Source: Octopus vulgaris (lineage: Eukaryota). Taken from it: a DNA stretch of 64,000 nt. Under the pieces are notes generated by a model that was not told the DNA's origin, did not search any database, and saw only the letters and a list, made by a program, of their open reading frames with translations. The stretch spans positions 139,996,001-140,060,000 of the forward strand of contig OX597815.1 in NCBI GenBank assembly GCA_951406725.2. Reading direction: 5' to 3'. Below, in pieces: positions 1 to 13,830 of the stretch. The first letter of the stretch is position 1. Each line of letters starts with the position of its first letter. Both the position numbers and the translations under genes were made by a program.

Positions 1-690
1 CATTGTATTGTAAGAAGCTCCCCGCGCTATTTCTCCATTTGCTTTTATGCATACACACATGTACACACACACACACACGTACATACACATATATACACAT
101 GCACATATTCTCAACTATGAACGTCTAGAAATGTTGATGATAAATTTAGGAACTGCACTGTTCTAAAACAAACTGCAAGGAAGTCATACAAAAATAGGAA
201 AAGAACGTCAACGAAAAAAAAAAAAGCCAAAAATAGAAGGTAGTCGGGTTATCATTGCAACACAACCACACACATGCATACAAACACACACACACACACA
301 CATAGACACACACATACATATATACGCATACTTATATGCACCTATAAAAACACACACGCATAAACACATACACACATATGCGGTTGTACGTATATATGTA
401 CGAAAGTTTATATGTATATATGCATGCATGCATATATGTATGTATGTGTATGTATGTATGTATGTATGTATGTATGTATGTATGTATGTATGTATGTATG
501 TATGTATGTATGTACGCATGTATATATGTGTTGCACACTATAGTTGAGAAAGGCAAAACAATGAAGAATTCTATCATGGAACAATGGTATGTATCAGCCT
601 GGGTGGTAGGCTCTCTCTACACCTGCTGCAAAGCAGTGTATATCCCAGAGGACTGAGAAACCGCATCAAGCTATGGCATTGCTTGGAATC

Positions 691-872
691 ATGTATGTAT
701 GTATGTATGTATGTATGTATGTATGTATGTATGTATGTATGTATGTATGTATGTATGTATGTATGTATGTATGTATGTATGTATGTATGTATGTATGTAT
801 GTATGTATGTATGTATGTATGTATTACGTATGTATGTATGTATGTATGTATGTATGTATGTATGTATGTATG
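691..872. repeat. (TATG)n microsatellite; one of many similar arrays (e.g. 430-515, 1521-1703, 1876-2063, 56494-56638, 60080-60150)
   Basis: Direct tetranucleotide repeat; source of the MYVC/IHTY pseudo-ORFs. Confidence 0.97.
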
Positions 873-874
873 TG

Positions 875-1220
875 ATCGGGTATTCAGTCCGATTATTTCT
901 ATGTCATCTTCGGAGTCATAAAGCGAAACAGATGAGTGACAACCTGGCCACTGGTGGTGGTGTTACACACCATACTAATCACATCTGTCAGAGATATGGA
1001 AGAGAGTGTAATTCGGCAGGAGGACTTAAACGACATGCAAAGGTACATGAAGCCCAGTTACAACCACAGCCGGCTATTACCGGTAAAGGTTTTAGCTGCC
1101 AATTCTGTATAAGACATTGTAGATCTTTAGATGAGCTAAAAAGTCACATTCGATCACAGCACCAATAACAGTTAAGCTTCGTGCAATGGCCATACTCGAT
1201 AACGAGGGGGCAGCCATCTT
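875..1220 (+). mobile_element. 3' end of a non-LTR retrotransposon (RTE/CR1-like) with two C-terminal C2H2-like zinc fingers, inserted in (TATG)n
   Basis: Translation HICQRYGRECNSAGGLKRHAKVH ... FSCQFCIRHCRSLDELKSHIRSQH*, then a short UTR ending GGCCATACTCGATAACGAGGGGGCAGCCATCT; TATG arrays on both sides. Confidence 0.55.
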
Positions 1221-1299
1221 GTATGTATGTATGTATGTATGTATGTATGTATGTATGTATGTATTCTCATGTATATAGTTGCATATCTAGGTAGGCTCA

Positions 1300-1515
1300 T
1301 GTATATTTAAATGATAAACTTCTGGAAAGTTTTACAGATTTTTACAGTTCCAGTTGATAGCTTGGATCTGTAGTCATCGAATAAGCTTTCTCCTTTCTGG
1401 TTTTGAGAAGCCTAATTTCTCAAGATTGGTATATCCCATTGCCCCAATAATTACAGGTATAAACCCGAACTTCTAATCTGGATAGAGTAACTGCAGATTT
1501 CTCAACATTTCAGCA
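1300..1515 (-). mobile_element. C-terminal fragment of a restriction-like-endonuclease (RLE) clade LINE
   Basis: Minus strand reads AEMLRNLQLLYPD*KFGFIPVIIGAMG..LEKLGFS; similar to the fragment at 30235-30525. Confidence 0.6.
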
Positions 1516-1519
1516 TGTG

Positions 1520-1551
<32 letters not shown>

Positions 1552-2058
1552 TGTATGTATGTATGTATGTATGTATGTATGTATGTATGTATGTATGTAT
1601 GTATGTATGTATGTATGTATGTATGTATGTATATGTGTGTGTGTATGTATGTATGTATGTATGTATGTATGTATGTATGTATGTATGTATGTATGTATGT
1701 ATGTCTGAGTGTATTTAAATGCGCTTGAGCTTATCAGTACAAACATTACTGTCAGTTTCTCGCTAATCCTTTGATTTACTGACGCATCTGGTGACTGTAG
1801 GTCGAAGAAAGTGTAAGAATCTAGCAGTAATAATTGTTCTGTTAAATTTATATGTAAGTATGAATGTATGCATCTATGTATGTATGTATGTATGTATGTA
1901 TGTATGTATGTATGTATGTATGTATGTATGTATGTATGTATGTATGTATGCATGTATGCATGTATGTATGTATGTATGTATGTATTTATGTATGTACGTA
2001 TGTATGTATGTATGTATGTATGAATGTATGTATGTATGTATGTATGTATGTATGTATG

Positions 2059-2102
<44 letters not shown>

Positions 2103-3024
2103 AAAATGTATGCATAATACACACATACACATACGTTCATTTATATCTCTGTGTGCGTACATATTTATATATATATATCTATACATACACACACATATAC
2201 ATATATATATACTATGTGTGAAAAATATGTATACAAGCATACTCATACACCCACACATGTATATACACACACACACACGCACATACACGCGCGTACACGC
2301 ATGCATAATGTATATAACATTCAAATGTTAAAAATGAATACCACAGAGCAAAGAAAACTTCAGCCTTCTTTGTCGGCAAATAAAATTTAAAAGCAACAAG
2401 TGCTTCTGTTATTTGATCTGACTTCATGTATGTATTGTGCAGAGGAATGGATGTAGGGTAGAGTGTGTGTGTGTGTGTGGGGGGGGGGATCGGCCGGCTC
2501 GTCCTTTTTACAGGAAATGTCTGTTGTCAATAAATTCCGTGTTGCTCCTATTCAGTAGATTGATGTGGAAAGGTTCAGGGCTGATGTCAGCTAGTGACCC
2601 ACCTTTCCTGGGATTGCTGGGGTAAGTTAGTGTGGTTGGTGGTTAATTTGAACTGATATATATTATGAGTGGGAAGGAATGTATAGACAAGGGGGAGAGT
2701 CAGAGAAGAGGTTTGATGGTGTTGTTATTGTTGTTGGTTCTTGGTTCGTGGTTCTAAAAGAATGTATGTTTTGGGAAAGAAAACATTGCTTTAGAGTCTA
2801 TTGAAGTGCAGTGGAAGTTTTTGAAGTGGGTCAATCTTACTAGGGATTGTCGCTCCAGTAAACAGTACTTATTATGTTGGCTTTTGATGCATTGAATAGC
2901 GGTATCCATTGAAACGGGATTTGAATTGAGGCAAAAATAAACTAAATAACTACATAGCAGTCTAACATTCAGTTGCGTCTGTTGCCATACTGGGTTTGTC
3001 TTAAGGCATACCCATATTGTGAAG

Positions 3025-4648
3025 ACTATTTCAAACGAATAGGACGCAATGCATTGCGTCGCCATAAATATACAACGAGAGTTGTTTTGAAAGTAATACG
3101 AAATTTGGCATAACTTTTTTTTTATTAACGTAGATCGCTTAAATTGTATTTGTTGGATGCCCAACGCTAATCTGTATAAATGTTGTAACTGTGTGTAGGT
3201 GCCCCTTGGTAGATTGCATCGTCCGGAGTGGTGGTGATGGGTGGTGGTGGTGGAAGGAAGCCTATATTGGTATTTGGGCGGCGAGCTGGCAGAAACGTTA
3301 GCACGCCGGGCGAAATGCGTAACCGTATTTCGTCTGCCGTTACGTTCTGAGTTCAAATTCCGCCGAGGTCGACTTTGCCTTTCATCCTTTCGGGGTAGAT
3401 AAATTAAGTACCGGTTACGCACTGGGGTCGATATAATCGACTTAATCCGTTTGTCTGTCCTTGTTTATCCCCTCTGTGTTTAGCCCCTTGTGGGTAGTAA
3501 AGAAATATATATTGGTATTAAGAGCGTTATAAAGGGATTTATACAGTAAGTTCCAGTAAGATATTGAGTTGGTTATATTGTCTATTTCTCCGAGATTCAT
3601 GGACTTGGAATGTAATGCTTTCGTTTGATTTCCTTATCAAATGAGAAAATTGCAGGAAGTTGTATTTTTCTATAGGGTTCTGACATTTATCCAAGTATAG
3701 AGTGCAACAATTTGTTTATGTGCAATTGTTTATTTAGACCTAGGTCAGTCGGATATAATATCAAAGCATTCTGACTTCGAACGTCCTTCCTTCTCCAGAT
3801 AACAATGAGATTTGTTCCGAAAGCAATTCAGAAATGGACTTATTCTTTTGCATGTAGTGACATACGATGTTCAGATTGCGCATGTAACTTTTCCTCTACA
3901 CAATGGCGCTACTCATAATAGTCTTCATTACAAGTGATGCATTTACACCATTATTGAATCCAACTTTGAAATCCTATTAGAAAAACATTAGGTGTGCACT
4001 CAAGTACTCACTTCTTTACGTTTACTTTCACCTCGACTAGACAACCCAATTTACTGATTGTCTGATTAGTTGCCAAAGATATGTGTGGTCGTGCATTGCC
4101 ATCGTGAATGCAGATCCTTTTCAGATTCTTGTTCGGTCTCTTTTTCATAATGGCTTCTATAAGCGTTTTTTGAGCGTCACCTCCCAAATCTGTCATCTGA
4201 CTTTTGGGTGTTGAACTTTTTAGACATTCAAGTGACATGTGTCACTCGTCTAACTGCACGGATCAATTCGACCCTGGCGAGTCGTGTCAGTCGTAGCAGT
4301 TAACAATCTCCTACCGTATGATTTGTCTTCAGTGCTGGTTTACCCCTTTTTAAACTTCTTCATCCATTTATGCACGATGTCATCCTCATAAACAACCTGT
4401 GGTTTTCTATGAATCTTAACAAGCCTGCACCCTAATGACGGCATGTTTCTTCTGCTTGAAACCCATTATTTACAAAAAGAACACGAAGAGGAGGTACTAT
4501 AGAAGAAAAGTTATTTTATTAACAAGTACAATTTGAGAGATCTACGCTAATTAAAAAGTTATGCCAACTTTGGTATTACTTTCAAAACAACTCTCGTTGT
4601 ATATTTATTGAAACGCAATGCATTATGTCATTCTCGTTTGAAAACAGT
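3025..4648 (-). mobile_element. Degenerate Tc1/mariner transposon bounded by ~130-bp inverted repeats (3025-3155 / 4520-4648), with nested insertions
   Basis: Arms share AATGCATTGCGT..ATAAATATACAACGAGAGTTGTTTTGAAAGTAAT..TTGGCATAACTTTTT. Minus strand gives VHKWMKKFKKG*TSTED (~4320-4375; mariner HTH region) and IHDGNARPH (~4083-4113; HDNARPH motif). Confidence 0.75.
3277..3507 (+). mobile_element. tRNA-derived SINE, family A (Nin/Deu-like central domain)
   Basis: Head GGCGGCGAGCTGGCAGAAACGTTAGC, B-box-like GAGTTCAAATTCC, GCCTTTCATCCTTTCGGGGTAGATAAATTAAGTACC; 12-bp TSD TATATTGGTATT (3263-3274 / 3508-3519); multiple copies in the window. Confidence 0.9.
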
Positions 4649-5249
4649 AGACTGTTCTTTGAGGGGGGATTTGATTGCTTAAATCTTACAGTCTTCTCTA
4701 TAAACACCATATTCTCAACATATGTACGTTTGCGTATACTTTCGGGACACCCTACAATAATAATAAGAAAAGTGTTTTAATCTGGAACAAATAAAATTTT
4801 GTCAACAGATAGGTTGTGCAAGAAATTACTATGGATACAAAAAAAGAAAACAAAAAACAAAAACAAAAAAAAAAAGGATGATTCAGTCTATCTGTGTCTT
4901 AAGCCAAGCTTTGTTATGTTTCGGCCGCATTAATAAGACTTCATGAGCCGTGGACAAGGATTACTCGCTAATGCACAAGCAAATTGCCTTTTAAGCAAAC
5001 AACATTAGCTTCTTTCCTTCGCGAACAAGCAGAGGAATGCAACAAGATTAAAATACAAGTGACTGATAACAGTAAATATCTACAATGCTGAGTTTCTGCC
5101 AGCTTCTACAAAACATTTTTGAATTGGGTCCAAATGCAGTTTTGGCAGTAATGGTGCTTGACAGTCAATCTTGAATCCTTGTTCTGTTGCTAGGACTGCA
5201 GCAGAAATGTTGATGAAAAAAAAAAAAAAAGAAAGGATACTTATCCCTG

Positions 5250-6420
5250 GTTAAACTTCAAAGGAGGTAAACTTGAATGCGTAGCATGTGAAAACTTCAC
5301 CAACTTGAAACTTTTCAATTCTAAGGGTTTATGATTGTCCAATGAATGGCAGTTCTACCAAGTATCTTATTATGGAACTAATCGAACAACACGCTTGAAG
5401 TCTTTTAGAGAAGAAAAGAAAAAAGGAAGAAAATTGTTGATCACAGAATATCAAAAGCCTACGCTGTTGCTCTCTGTGTTGAAAACAGAGCTAGAGAAGA
5501 TGCCATAGAAAATTATTTGACACCATGAATAGTTTGCATCTAAAGGCAAGTTGTTCAATATTTCTTTCTGCATATTATTTAGCTCAGAATGACAGACCAT
5601 AATTTTGATCCCTTTGGTGTACTGGAACTTCAAAAGAAAAATGGTATTGATATTAGAATTAGACTTCGTTCCTGCACTAGTGCTACAAAGATAATTAATG
5701 GCATATCCATTAATATGAAAATGAAAATTTGCCAGCTTCTCGAGCAGATAATTGGTAAACTTTCTGTTCTCATTGAGGAATCAACAAGCATGAGCATTAA
5801 GATTGCCCTTAAAGTGTATTTGTCATGTGAAAGTGGTAAGGAAGTTGATCCCTATTTTATGGTTTTAAGCCTAATTGAACTGCCTGATCAGAAAACTGCA
5901 ACTATTTCTAAGCATCTATTGAGCTGTTTTATCAACCATGAGTTTGACGACGCTTGTAGTATTTACTAGTGACAGGGCGAGCATAATGTTTGATGTTACA
6001 TCTGGTGTTACAACAATTCGCAAGAAACAGATTGGAAGTTGCAATTAGTGATTTGGTGGGTGGAGTTCATAGAATTAATCCACTCTGTTTACAGTAGACC
6101 ACCTGCGAATCAAAAGCAACTGTATGAATGTGTTTCTCAACTAAAGCAAAACACTTTCAAAATTCGCCTTGTTCTGGACACCGGCTGACAAAATTATGAA
6201 AGGCCATGCCTTCATTTTGAAAAAAGCAATGGAAGATGAAACAAAATTTGGGAATGACAAGAATTTATTAAGATCTGTTGAGAATACTCTCTTCAGAACT
6301 GTTTCTATTGGACTATAGCGATAATCTATGATGCAATGTATAACAGCATGGTAAACGACTAGAAGCTGAAAGGGTATTTGAAAAGGTGAAATTAAGAAAA
6401 ATATCCTATGCAAGCTATAA
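5250..6420 (+). pseudogene. Degenerate hAT-superfamily transposase (KIAA1586/ZNF862-like)
   Basis: KLSVLIEESTSMSIK..VYL..LSLIELPDQKTATISKHLL (first catalytic DES/T region), followed out of frame by FTSDRASIMFDVTSGV (SDGASVMxGxxSGV-like); many stops and frameshifts; boundaries approximate. Confidence 0.7.
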
Positions 6421-6635
6421 TTTTATTATCCTCGTTGATCAACTACAACATAGCTTCTCAATTTTATCTTTTTATTTCGATATAAACTTATATTTTCTAC
6501 ATGTTCACCGCCCCCCCATTCACTTTCTCTTCGAGTTTACACTTCTATTTATACACATGAGTTGATTGAGTAACAGATGCCATAGAAAAAATTGACAACT
6601 TTCAAGCATGTACAATTGCGTATATATATATATAT

Positions 6636-6701
<66 letters not shown>

Positions 6702-7261
6702 TACGTACAAGTAATGACATCTAATGCTACAGGTATGTAGTGGCCGTCTTTTTTGCTTGCATGGAAATACAAGTAAATTTTGACAAATGGCTTTTATATT
6801 ATACTTAAGCTTATTGTAATTTACATGCATATATTATATATCAGTTTTGTTTATTATTGTTCCTAATGTTATCGCTCTTGTAATCATTGCCGTTTGTGTT
6901 GTGATTTACACTAACTAGCAGTTTGTCATAATAATACATTTAAATTTATTTTAAACGTAGAAACACAAAGACTACAAAAGCTGTGCGGATGCATCTGTCG
7001 CACTCTGCTACCTTCTTTGTTCCCAGTACGTATATAATATTTTTTACTGTTCTCTCCACGGAGTGATACCGCCCCTTTTGAGGAGTATTGATTTACCGTT
7101 TCCTATGAGTCGTATAAAAAAACTTGCAAATTCCCTGGAATGTTTTCAAACTTCTGAACCTTAAAGTACATATAGATCCCAGCTAAATGAAATGTGTGTC
7201 GTCGTTAAAGGTTACTGAGCCCTTGAAACACGGTCTAATTGTGGAGAAACTTGAATTCATA

Positions 7262-7658
7262 TCTTTATATATAAAAGTGAAGTTGTGTGTCTGTCTCCTA
7301 CGATTCAGATTCCTAACTACTCCCACATTTTGCGGTGCAGTTTAACCAAAACCGGGTATCTTATAGCCATGATTCATATCGAGCCCTTCTGGGTATTAGC
7401 GCGCGTCTATGATGAGTCTACGATTTAAAAAAAAAATTACCATCATTTTTTCCAATTTAATGCTTTTTTTCGCTATTATATAAGGGAAGTAACTCTCTAA
7501 AAATGTCTACGATGAGTCAACAATTTAAAAAAAAATTTACCATCATTTTTTTTCCATTTTTAATGCATTTTTTTGCTATTTTTTGGCTATAACTCTCTAA
7601 AAATGCTTATATAGTTATTTCCCTTACAAACCCGAGCAACGCCGGGCGATACTGCTAG
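7262..7658 (+). mobile_element. Non-autonomous Helitron
   Basis: Starts TC after host A, ends CTAG before host T, subterminal hairpin CCCGAGCAACGCCGGG, no TSD; internal ~100-bp tandem duplication (GTCTA.GATGAGTC..AATTTAAAAAAA..TTACCATCATTTTTT twice). Confidence 0.85.
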
Positions 7659-7698
7659 TCTCTTTATAAGACGTTTAAGTATTTGTCGTTCTTTATAC

Positions 7699-7909
7699 CG
7701 ATGTTCCTCAAGGTGGGGCAACGTCCCACCAGCGAGCCGTGTCAATATTTTGGTGGGAAGCGGAGCATGTGAATAAAACTGGCAATAAATTTTACATTAA
7801 AACCTCTTTTGAATATGTACCCGCTATATACTAACTTTGTTAGTTCATAGTGGGGCGCACGTTTGTTTTTGAAAATGGCGCGTTGATCAAATAGAGTTGA
7901 GAAACACTG
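7699..7909. mobile_element. hAT-type MITE
   Basis: Imperfect TIRs CGATGTTCCTCAA / TTGAGAAACACTG; 8-bp TSD CTTTATAC / CTCTATAC. Confidence 0.7.
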
Positions 7910-8741
7910 CTCTATACTAAAAAAATGTGTTAGAGATCTTGTGGAAGATCGTAGATGCCACTTTGTCCAGTATTTACACCCATTACTGAATTGTTCACAA
8001 CTTCTTCCTTCTTGTACTGCTAAATGTGAGAAGAAATTATCCGTTAGCAACAATACGCTCAAGAATTATCATGCGTGATGTGTTAACACTTATACATGCT
8101 AAACTAGTCGGATTTCCTGTAGTTCAGTGGAAGCCTGAGTTGCATATCATATCTTGGCTATGGTACCACATTCAACAGATGACACCAGGACAATTATAGA
8201 CAAACGAATACAAATTACACCTGACCCTTGTTCAATTTATTTTGACACTTCTCATTGATGGTATTTAGGAAGTTGGTAATTACATTAAAATTGGCAAAAA
8301 TACATGATTATTTTCTGTTTTCTTCATTTGCTTGATAATTATATTTTATAATAATTAGTGAGTGCAAGTTGCCCTGTGCACCGTGCAATACTTTGTCATA
8401 TTATTAGATAAAGTATTATATGTCTTATTGTACCGCTTAGGTACTGAAATATAGTAAGTTAAACTATTAGTGATAGTTGGGTGTGACATACATACCCAGA
8501 AAAGACAGGAGAGACTGAGAAAGACCGAAAGGAAAAGAGAGAGAGAGGTAGAGAGAGAGATAGAAGGAGAAAGAGAGAGAGAGAGAGAGAGGGAAAGGGA
8601 GATAGATAGAGAGAAGAGATAGTGAAGCAGTAAGAATTTTGTCTGCTCCAGCGTCTAAAATATTATCACTGCATCCCTCGGCGATTATGCGTGTCTGTAC
8701 AATCTCTCATTTCTCCTTCCTTCTTTCCTTCCTTCCTTCCT

Positions 8742-8816
<75 letters not shown>

Positions 8817-9370
8817 CTATCTCCCTCTATTCTCTCATTCTTTCTTTATATATATCACAACACTTTGTATAACAGCGCTCATAAAGTACCACACTGAAAA
8901 TTACACTCTAGCACTCGTCTTGATGTCTCCTTCCGGACTATTGCATAAAAAAGATATTCATCTAATTTGTCTTGTAGCATCTTCAACTCTTTACTCTTTT
9001 ACTTGATGTATTATTGCCTTTTCATTTAGGATTCTGCCATCGATTTTGTCGCATGAATGTTGAGATGCGCAAAGGGGTTTTATGAACTTGGGTTCCTCTA
9101 TTGATATAAACATGTTTTAACTCTTGTCCCACTTACTTCTCACCAACAATGGCATTAGCCTCCTCATTGTTCTTGTGTTAATATTTTTCCATGTTTACCA
9201 TAAATTAAGGACACCACAGAACATTAAAAAATAGTGATTCTTCAGAGCAAATTATTATATGAGATCTTTTTGCATAGAAACTGGAATGAGGAAAATGAAA
9301 TGATTTTCAAGAAGAGAGTAAAAGCGATTGTCGGGGAGTTGAAATGTAGGATCATTTTATATATATATAT

Positions 9371-9572
9371 GCAGCACGGAATTTTGTCAGTGAACAGGTC
9401 GCGGTTTGAAAGCGACGAAAATATTTTCACAAATTAAATTTTAATGTTGAAGTGAATCTAACGGGTTTTGTGTTTCTTTAATGGCTTATAAACACTTTCC
9501 GCGCTGCAATTGTTTTCGTTCCAGCACGCGGTCTCAGATCAGGTCACTTGCTATGCAAGTACACCTCCGTAA
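9371..9572 (+). mobile_element. Short non-coding Penelope-pLTR-like repeat between (TA)n arrays; homologous to 60608-60808 (minus)
   Basis: ~200 bp match to the reverse complement of 60608-60808; contains a hammerhead-like motif. Confidence 0.75.
9383..9433 (+). ncRNA. Type I hammerhead-like motif with GUGAACA (G3/C8) core, copy 1
   Basis: tttgtca-GTGAACA-g-gtcgc(ggtttgaaa)gcgac-GAAA-atat-TT-tcacaaa; one stem I mismatch relative to copy 2. Confidence 0.55.
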
Positions 9573-9597
9573 TACATACATATATATATATATATAT

Positions 9598-9628
<31 letters not shown>

Positions 9629-9977
9629 TATACATATACACACACAAGCGCGCGCACACACACGCACACATATATGTAGTATACGTGTGCATAATAATGT
9701 GTAGTATATTATATATGCATATATATGTATACATATACATGTATACATATATTATTCCAAAAAATATGTAACTCCTTATTTGGACGCATGGTCTTTTGAC
9801 CACTTAGGGATAAACAGGGGAGATATTTATTTAGATATGGTAGGGAGGGAGTTAACAGTAAAGTTACGCACTTAAGTCTTAGTTTTCAATTGCATTTCGT
9901 GAATATAAAGAACTAATATTATGATAGAGAAGAAAAAGCGCAAGGTAATAAATTCAATTAAATTTTTTTTTACTTAT

Positions 9978-10072
9978 AATCCACCGATGAGTACAAAAAG
10001 ACATTATATGACAATAAATATGCATCTATCTTTTATATCATGGTCTTTTTGACAGAAACAGCTGTCTAGGTT
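9978..10072 (+). ncRNA. Degenerate type I hammerhead motif with long stem II and palindromic stem III
   Basis: aatcca-CCGATGA-(gtacaaaaagac...gtctttttgaca)-GAAAC-agct-GTC-taggtt; core has U4>C. Confidence 0.6.
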
Positions 10073-10241
10073 AATTGAATAAATGAAAACTCCCATCATT
10101 TACATCAAAATTTGCTTCATTTCATTTTATTTGATGACATTTATTGAACTCCACTTAATGATTTAATTCTTATAATGATCGTTTACTTATGCATGTGTAT
10201 ATACATACATACACACACACACACACATACACACACACACA

Positions 10242-10572
<331 letters not shown>

Positions 10573-10604
10573 GTATATATATATGTATATATATATATAT
10601 GTAC

Positions 10605-10682
<78 letters not shown>

Positions 10683-11259
10683 AGGCAGAAAGGCCGATAG
10701 GTAGATAGATAGATAAATAAATAAATAGATAGACGTAGCAATATAGTAATCATATTAGCACGTGAAACCGTTAGCTAATGACATATACAGGATTCTGACA
10801 GTATGATGTGTCTCGGTACAGGCAACCGTGGGAGGAGCTGAGGAGAGAAAGTCTCATTTGCTATTCAAGCACAACACTTCTCTCTAGCTGTTCCCGATAG
10901 TAATCATTAGGGACCTTCAGTCCATGTCCTTTGGTCGTTGATAACTTGCGATTTTGATAAAACTTCATGTGAAATTCCCCAATTTTGAAATAAGCAGAAA
11001 CCGAATTTAAGTTGCAGAACATGTTGCAAATTCACCGGTGTCACCCATACTTTTGTCAAATTCCTCATCAGACTCAATAAGACTCATGTTTAAAGTTGCT
11101 TTCCTTGTATGTGCAGCATTGCGTCCTCGTATAGTTTTCAGTTCCCGAACTGAGCATATCCCAGATTTGTGAAATAAAATGATACGTAGGTTCTGGAGAA
11201 GTGACTGAGTATAATACCTCTTTAGCGTTCAGATCATTCTGCTAAATGTTATGCTTATT

Positions 11260-11644
11260 TACTACTTCCGCCTTAGCGAACGCTGAGACATTGTTTTCAG
11301 ACGTGTTTCTTTGTTTGTTTGTCTGTCGACAAAATATCTCAAGAACCGCAGGACGGATTCGGATGAAACTTTCAGGGATGTTTGGACTTGTGACTGGCAT
11401 GAACTGATTAGATTTTGGGATCGATCTGGTACCGGACAAGGATTCTGGATTATTTTTCTTGTTTTCCTTTTTTTTTTTTTTACTTAATTTTTGAGAGCAG
11501 TCGGGTTCATTTTTAGTGTTCTTGTTTGTGACAGCAGTCAAGCTTATTTCAGATATTCTCATTTTAAAAATCATCTCTGGCTAATCGTTGAGAGGACGAT
11601 GGTGTTGCCTTGGCGGAGGTTTGCGCTCTCTGAGTGCTCTTGTT
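11260..11644 (+). mobile_element. Helentron-associated non-autonomous element (HINE/DINE-1-like)
   Basis: Subterminal inverted repeats ACTTCCGCC / GGCGGAGGT, (TTTG/TCTG) microsatellite near the 5' end, 3' hairpin GCGCTCTCTGAGTGC, ends in TT-rich sequence. Confidence 0.75.
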
Positions 11645-13164
11645 CATATTATTTTGATTTAATCATGCATTACACTGTGTAACACGATTTGTGTCCTTGG
11701 GTAGCAGCTGTTATTTCTCATTTGTTTAGCCCCAGAAAGTATGAAAAATGGCTATTATTTCTTTGAAACTTTGCTTTTGTTACGATATTTATCAAAACTC
11801 TAAAGAATCCCTCTCAACACACAGCTACTATGCTTCACCACGACTCCTGCTCATGTTCAGAGATGCACATATTTTAAGGGACATGCTCAAGTGATTAAGC
11901 TCAAGCAAGGGACAAACACATCTGTAAAATTGAGCAGAATACTTGTCATAACAATATTTCTGCTTCAGCTCCTCAACGCTGGATCTGTCTGAAATGGTAA
12001 GGAAAATAGGCCAGTTTCTAAACTTTGATATCCAGGTCACAGAAGCAGAGCTTGAAGGGAATAGCAGTAATTTCCCTCGATTTCTAGACAGAAGCAAATA
12101 GGAAATAATACTCACTGACCAAATGTTAAAAAAAGATAAAAAAATTTTACTCAGTGTTATCTCGTAGTTTTGCAGCTTTTGATGATGTAATTATTTATTT
12201 TTAGAGTGACTTTGTAGATTAGATTTGAGAAGCTGGCTCAAGCTGCTTTGAGCATAAAACAAGTAGAATATTTGGGTTGGATATGGCCTTCTTAAATGCT
12301 AAAAAAATATTCTTTCAACAGATATTCCAGGTTTTGTCTTTGTGCAGCAAAGTCTTCAGTACTATGTTGCATCAGTTGGTTTCATAGTCGTTGAAATCCA
12401 CGAAAAACCACCTCCTTGTGTTCGTCTTACTGAAGAATTTAGGAAAAGTACAAAAAAATTAAAAGATTTGCATATGATATCTATGAATCAAATATGAAAT
12501 GTCGTCGTGTCTTGGGAGCATCATTACGCCAATAATAACAGTAACACACTTCTTTATTAATAGTCACTAACAATAAAGAAATGGAACCGAACCAGTGCGT
12601 GTGTTATTAGTTATCAATGGCATAATGACCTTCCCAAGACAACGAAATTTGTTTCAACATACGAATTCACACCAAGGCTCTTGCAAGCCAAATAAAAACA
12701 AAAAAAAAACAAAAAACTAAATAAAATACGAAATTTTATCACACTGTTTTCTGTGAATGAGAACTGACTCTTCTTACAGACAGTGTATACAATGCAGGTG
12801 AAATAAAAAAAAACAAAATGAGATAAAAGTGGTTATCACTTGACTCTGAGGAAGCGTATTCCTCCCGCATACCTCATTAAGATAAAAATGTGCGGGGATG
12901 AAATTCAGGTCAGATTCAAAGCGTAACAGACAGAACAAACGCGCGCGCGCACACACACGTGAACGCGCGAGCGCGCGCAGTGTTATTTTAGTAAACAGAC
13001 GCTAGAAGATAAATTGCGATGAAGGATAATAAGATGATGACGACGACGACGGCAACGATGATAGCGACGATGACAATATTTGAGGTTAATGAGGTTATTG
13101 ATGTTATTATCGTTGGTATGCGCTTTCTTTTTCTGAACTGAGTAAAAAGGATAATGCTTTTGAA

Positions 13165-13203
13165 TAGTGGCGTAGCAGTAGCAGTAGTAGCAGTAGCAGC
13201 AGC

Positions 13204-13239
<36 letters not shown>

Positions 13240-13830
13240 GGTGGTAGTAGTAGGAGGAGGAGTAGGAGCAGTAATAGTAGGGGCAGCAGCGGCAGTAGTA
13301 GTGGTAGTAGTGGTAGTAGTAGTAGTAGAATAGTAATAGTAGTAGTAATAATGGTAGTAGAAGTAGTAGTAGTAGTAGTAGTAATAGCAGTAGTAGCAAT
13401 AATGGTAGTAGGAGTAGTAGTAGTAATAGTAGTAGTAATAGTAGGAGCAGCAGCAGTAGTAGTGGTAGTAGTAGAGTGGTAATAGTAGTAGTAGTAATAA
13501 GGGTAGTAGGAGTAGTAGTAGTAACAGCAGTAGTAGTAATAGTAGTAATAGTAGAAGCAGCAGCGGCAGCAGCAGCAGTAGTAGTAGTAGTAGTAGTAGT
13601 AGTAGCAGTTGTAAAGTAGTAATGAGTAGTGTAGTAGTAGTAGTAGTAGTAATAGTAGTAACAGTAGGAGCAGCAGTAGTAGTAGGAGGAGAAGCAGTAA
13701 GAATAGTAGTAGGAGTAGCAGCAGCAGCAGCAGCAGTAATTATTGTAGTAGTAGTAGTAGTATTATTAGTATTATTATTATTATTATTATTAGTAGTAGT
13801 AGTAGCAATAGTAGTTGTTATTATAGTGGT
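13165..13830. repeat. Compound (TAG/CAG/TAA)n trinucleotide array
   Basis: Direct inspection. Confidence 0.95.

Noticed and set aside
930-1168. Host C2H2 zinc-finger gene exon
   Set aside because: Degenerate fingers without TGEKP linkers, bounded by TATG arrays and followed by a LINE-like 3' end
208-2427. Many ORFs of MYVC/IHTY/YIYI type (also throughout 38661-44795 and elsewhere)
   Set aside because: Translations of stop-free TATG/CA/TA microsatellites; no coding evidence
2480-2940. Third Penelope-like remnant (minus strand LLNRSNTEF..RH)
   Set aside because: Only a few residues resemble the GIY-YIG C-terminus; too degraded to support
3277-3365. tRNA gene
   Set aside because: A/B-box-like head continues into a multi-copy SINE body with TSD; no cloverleaf
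12858-12902. Hairpin TTCCTCCCGCAT..GTGCGGGGATGAA as a pre-miRNA
   Set aside because: Stem too short and loop too large; single occurrence
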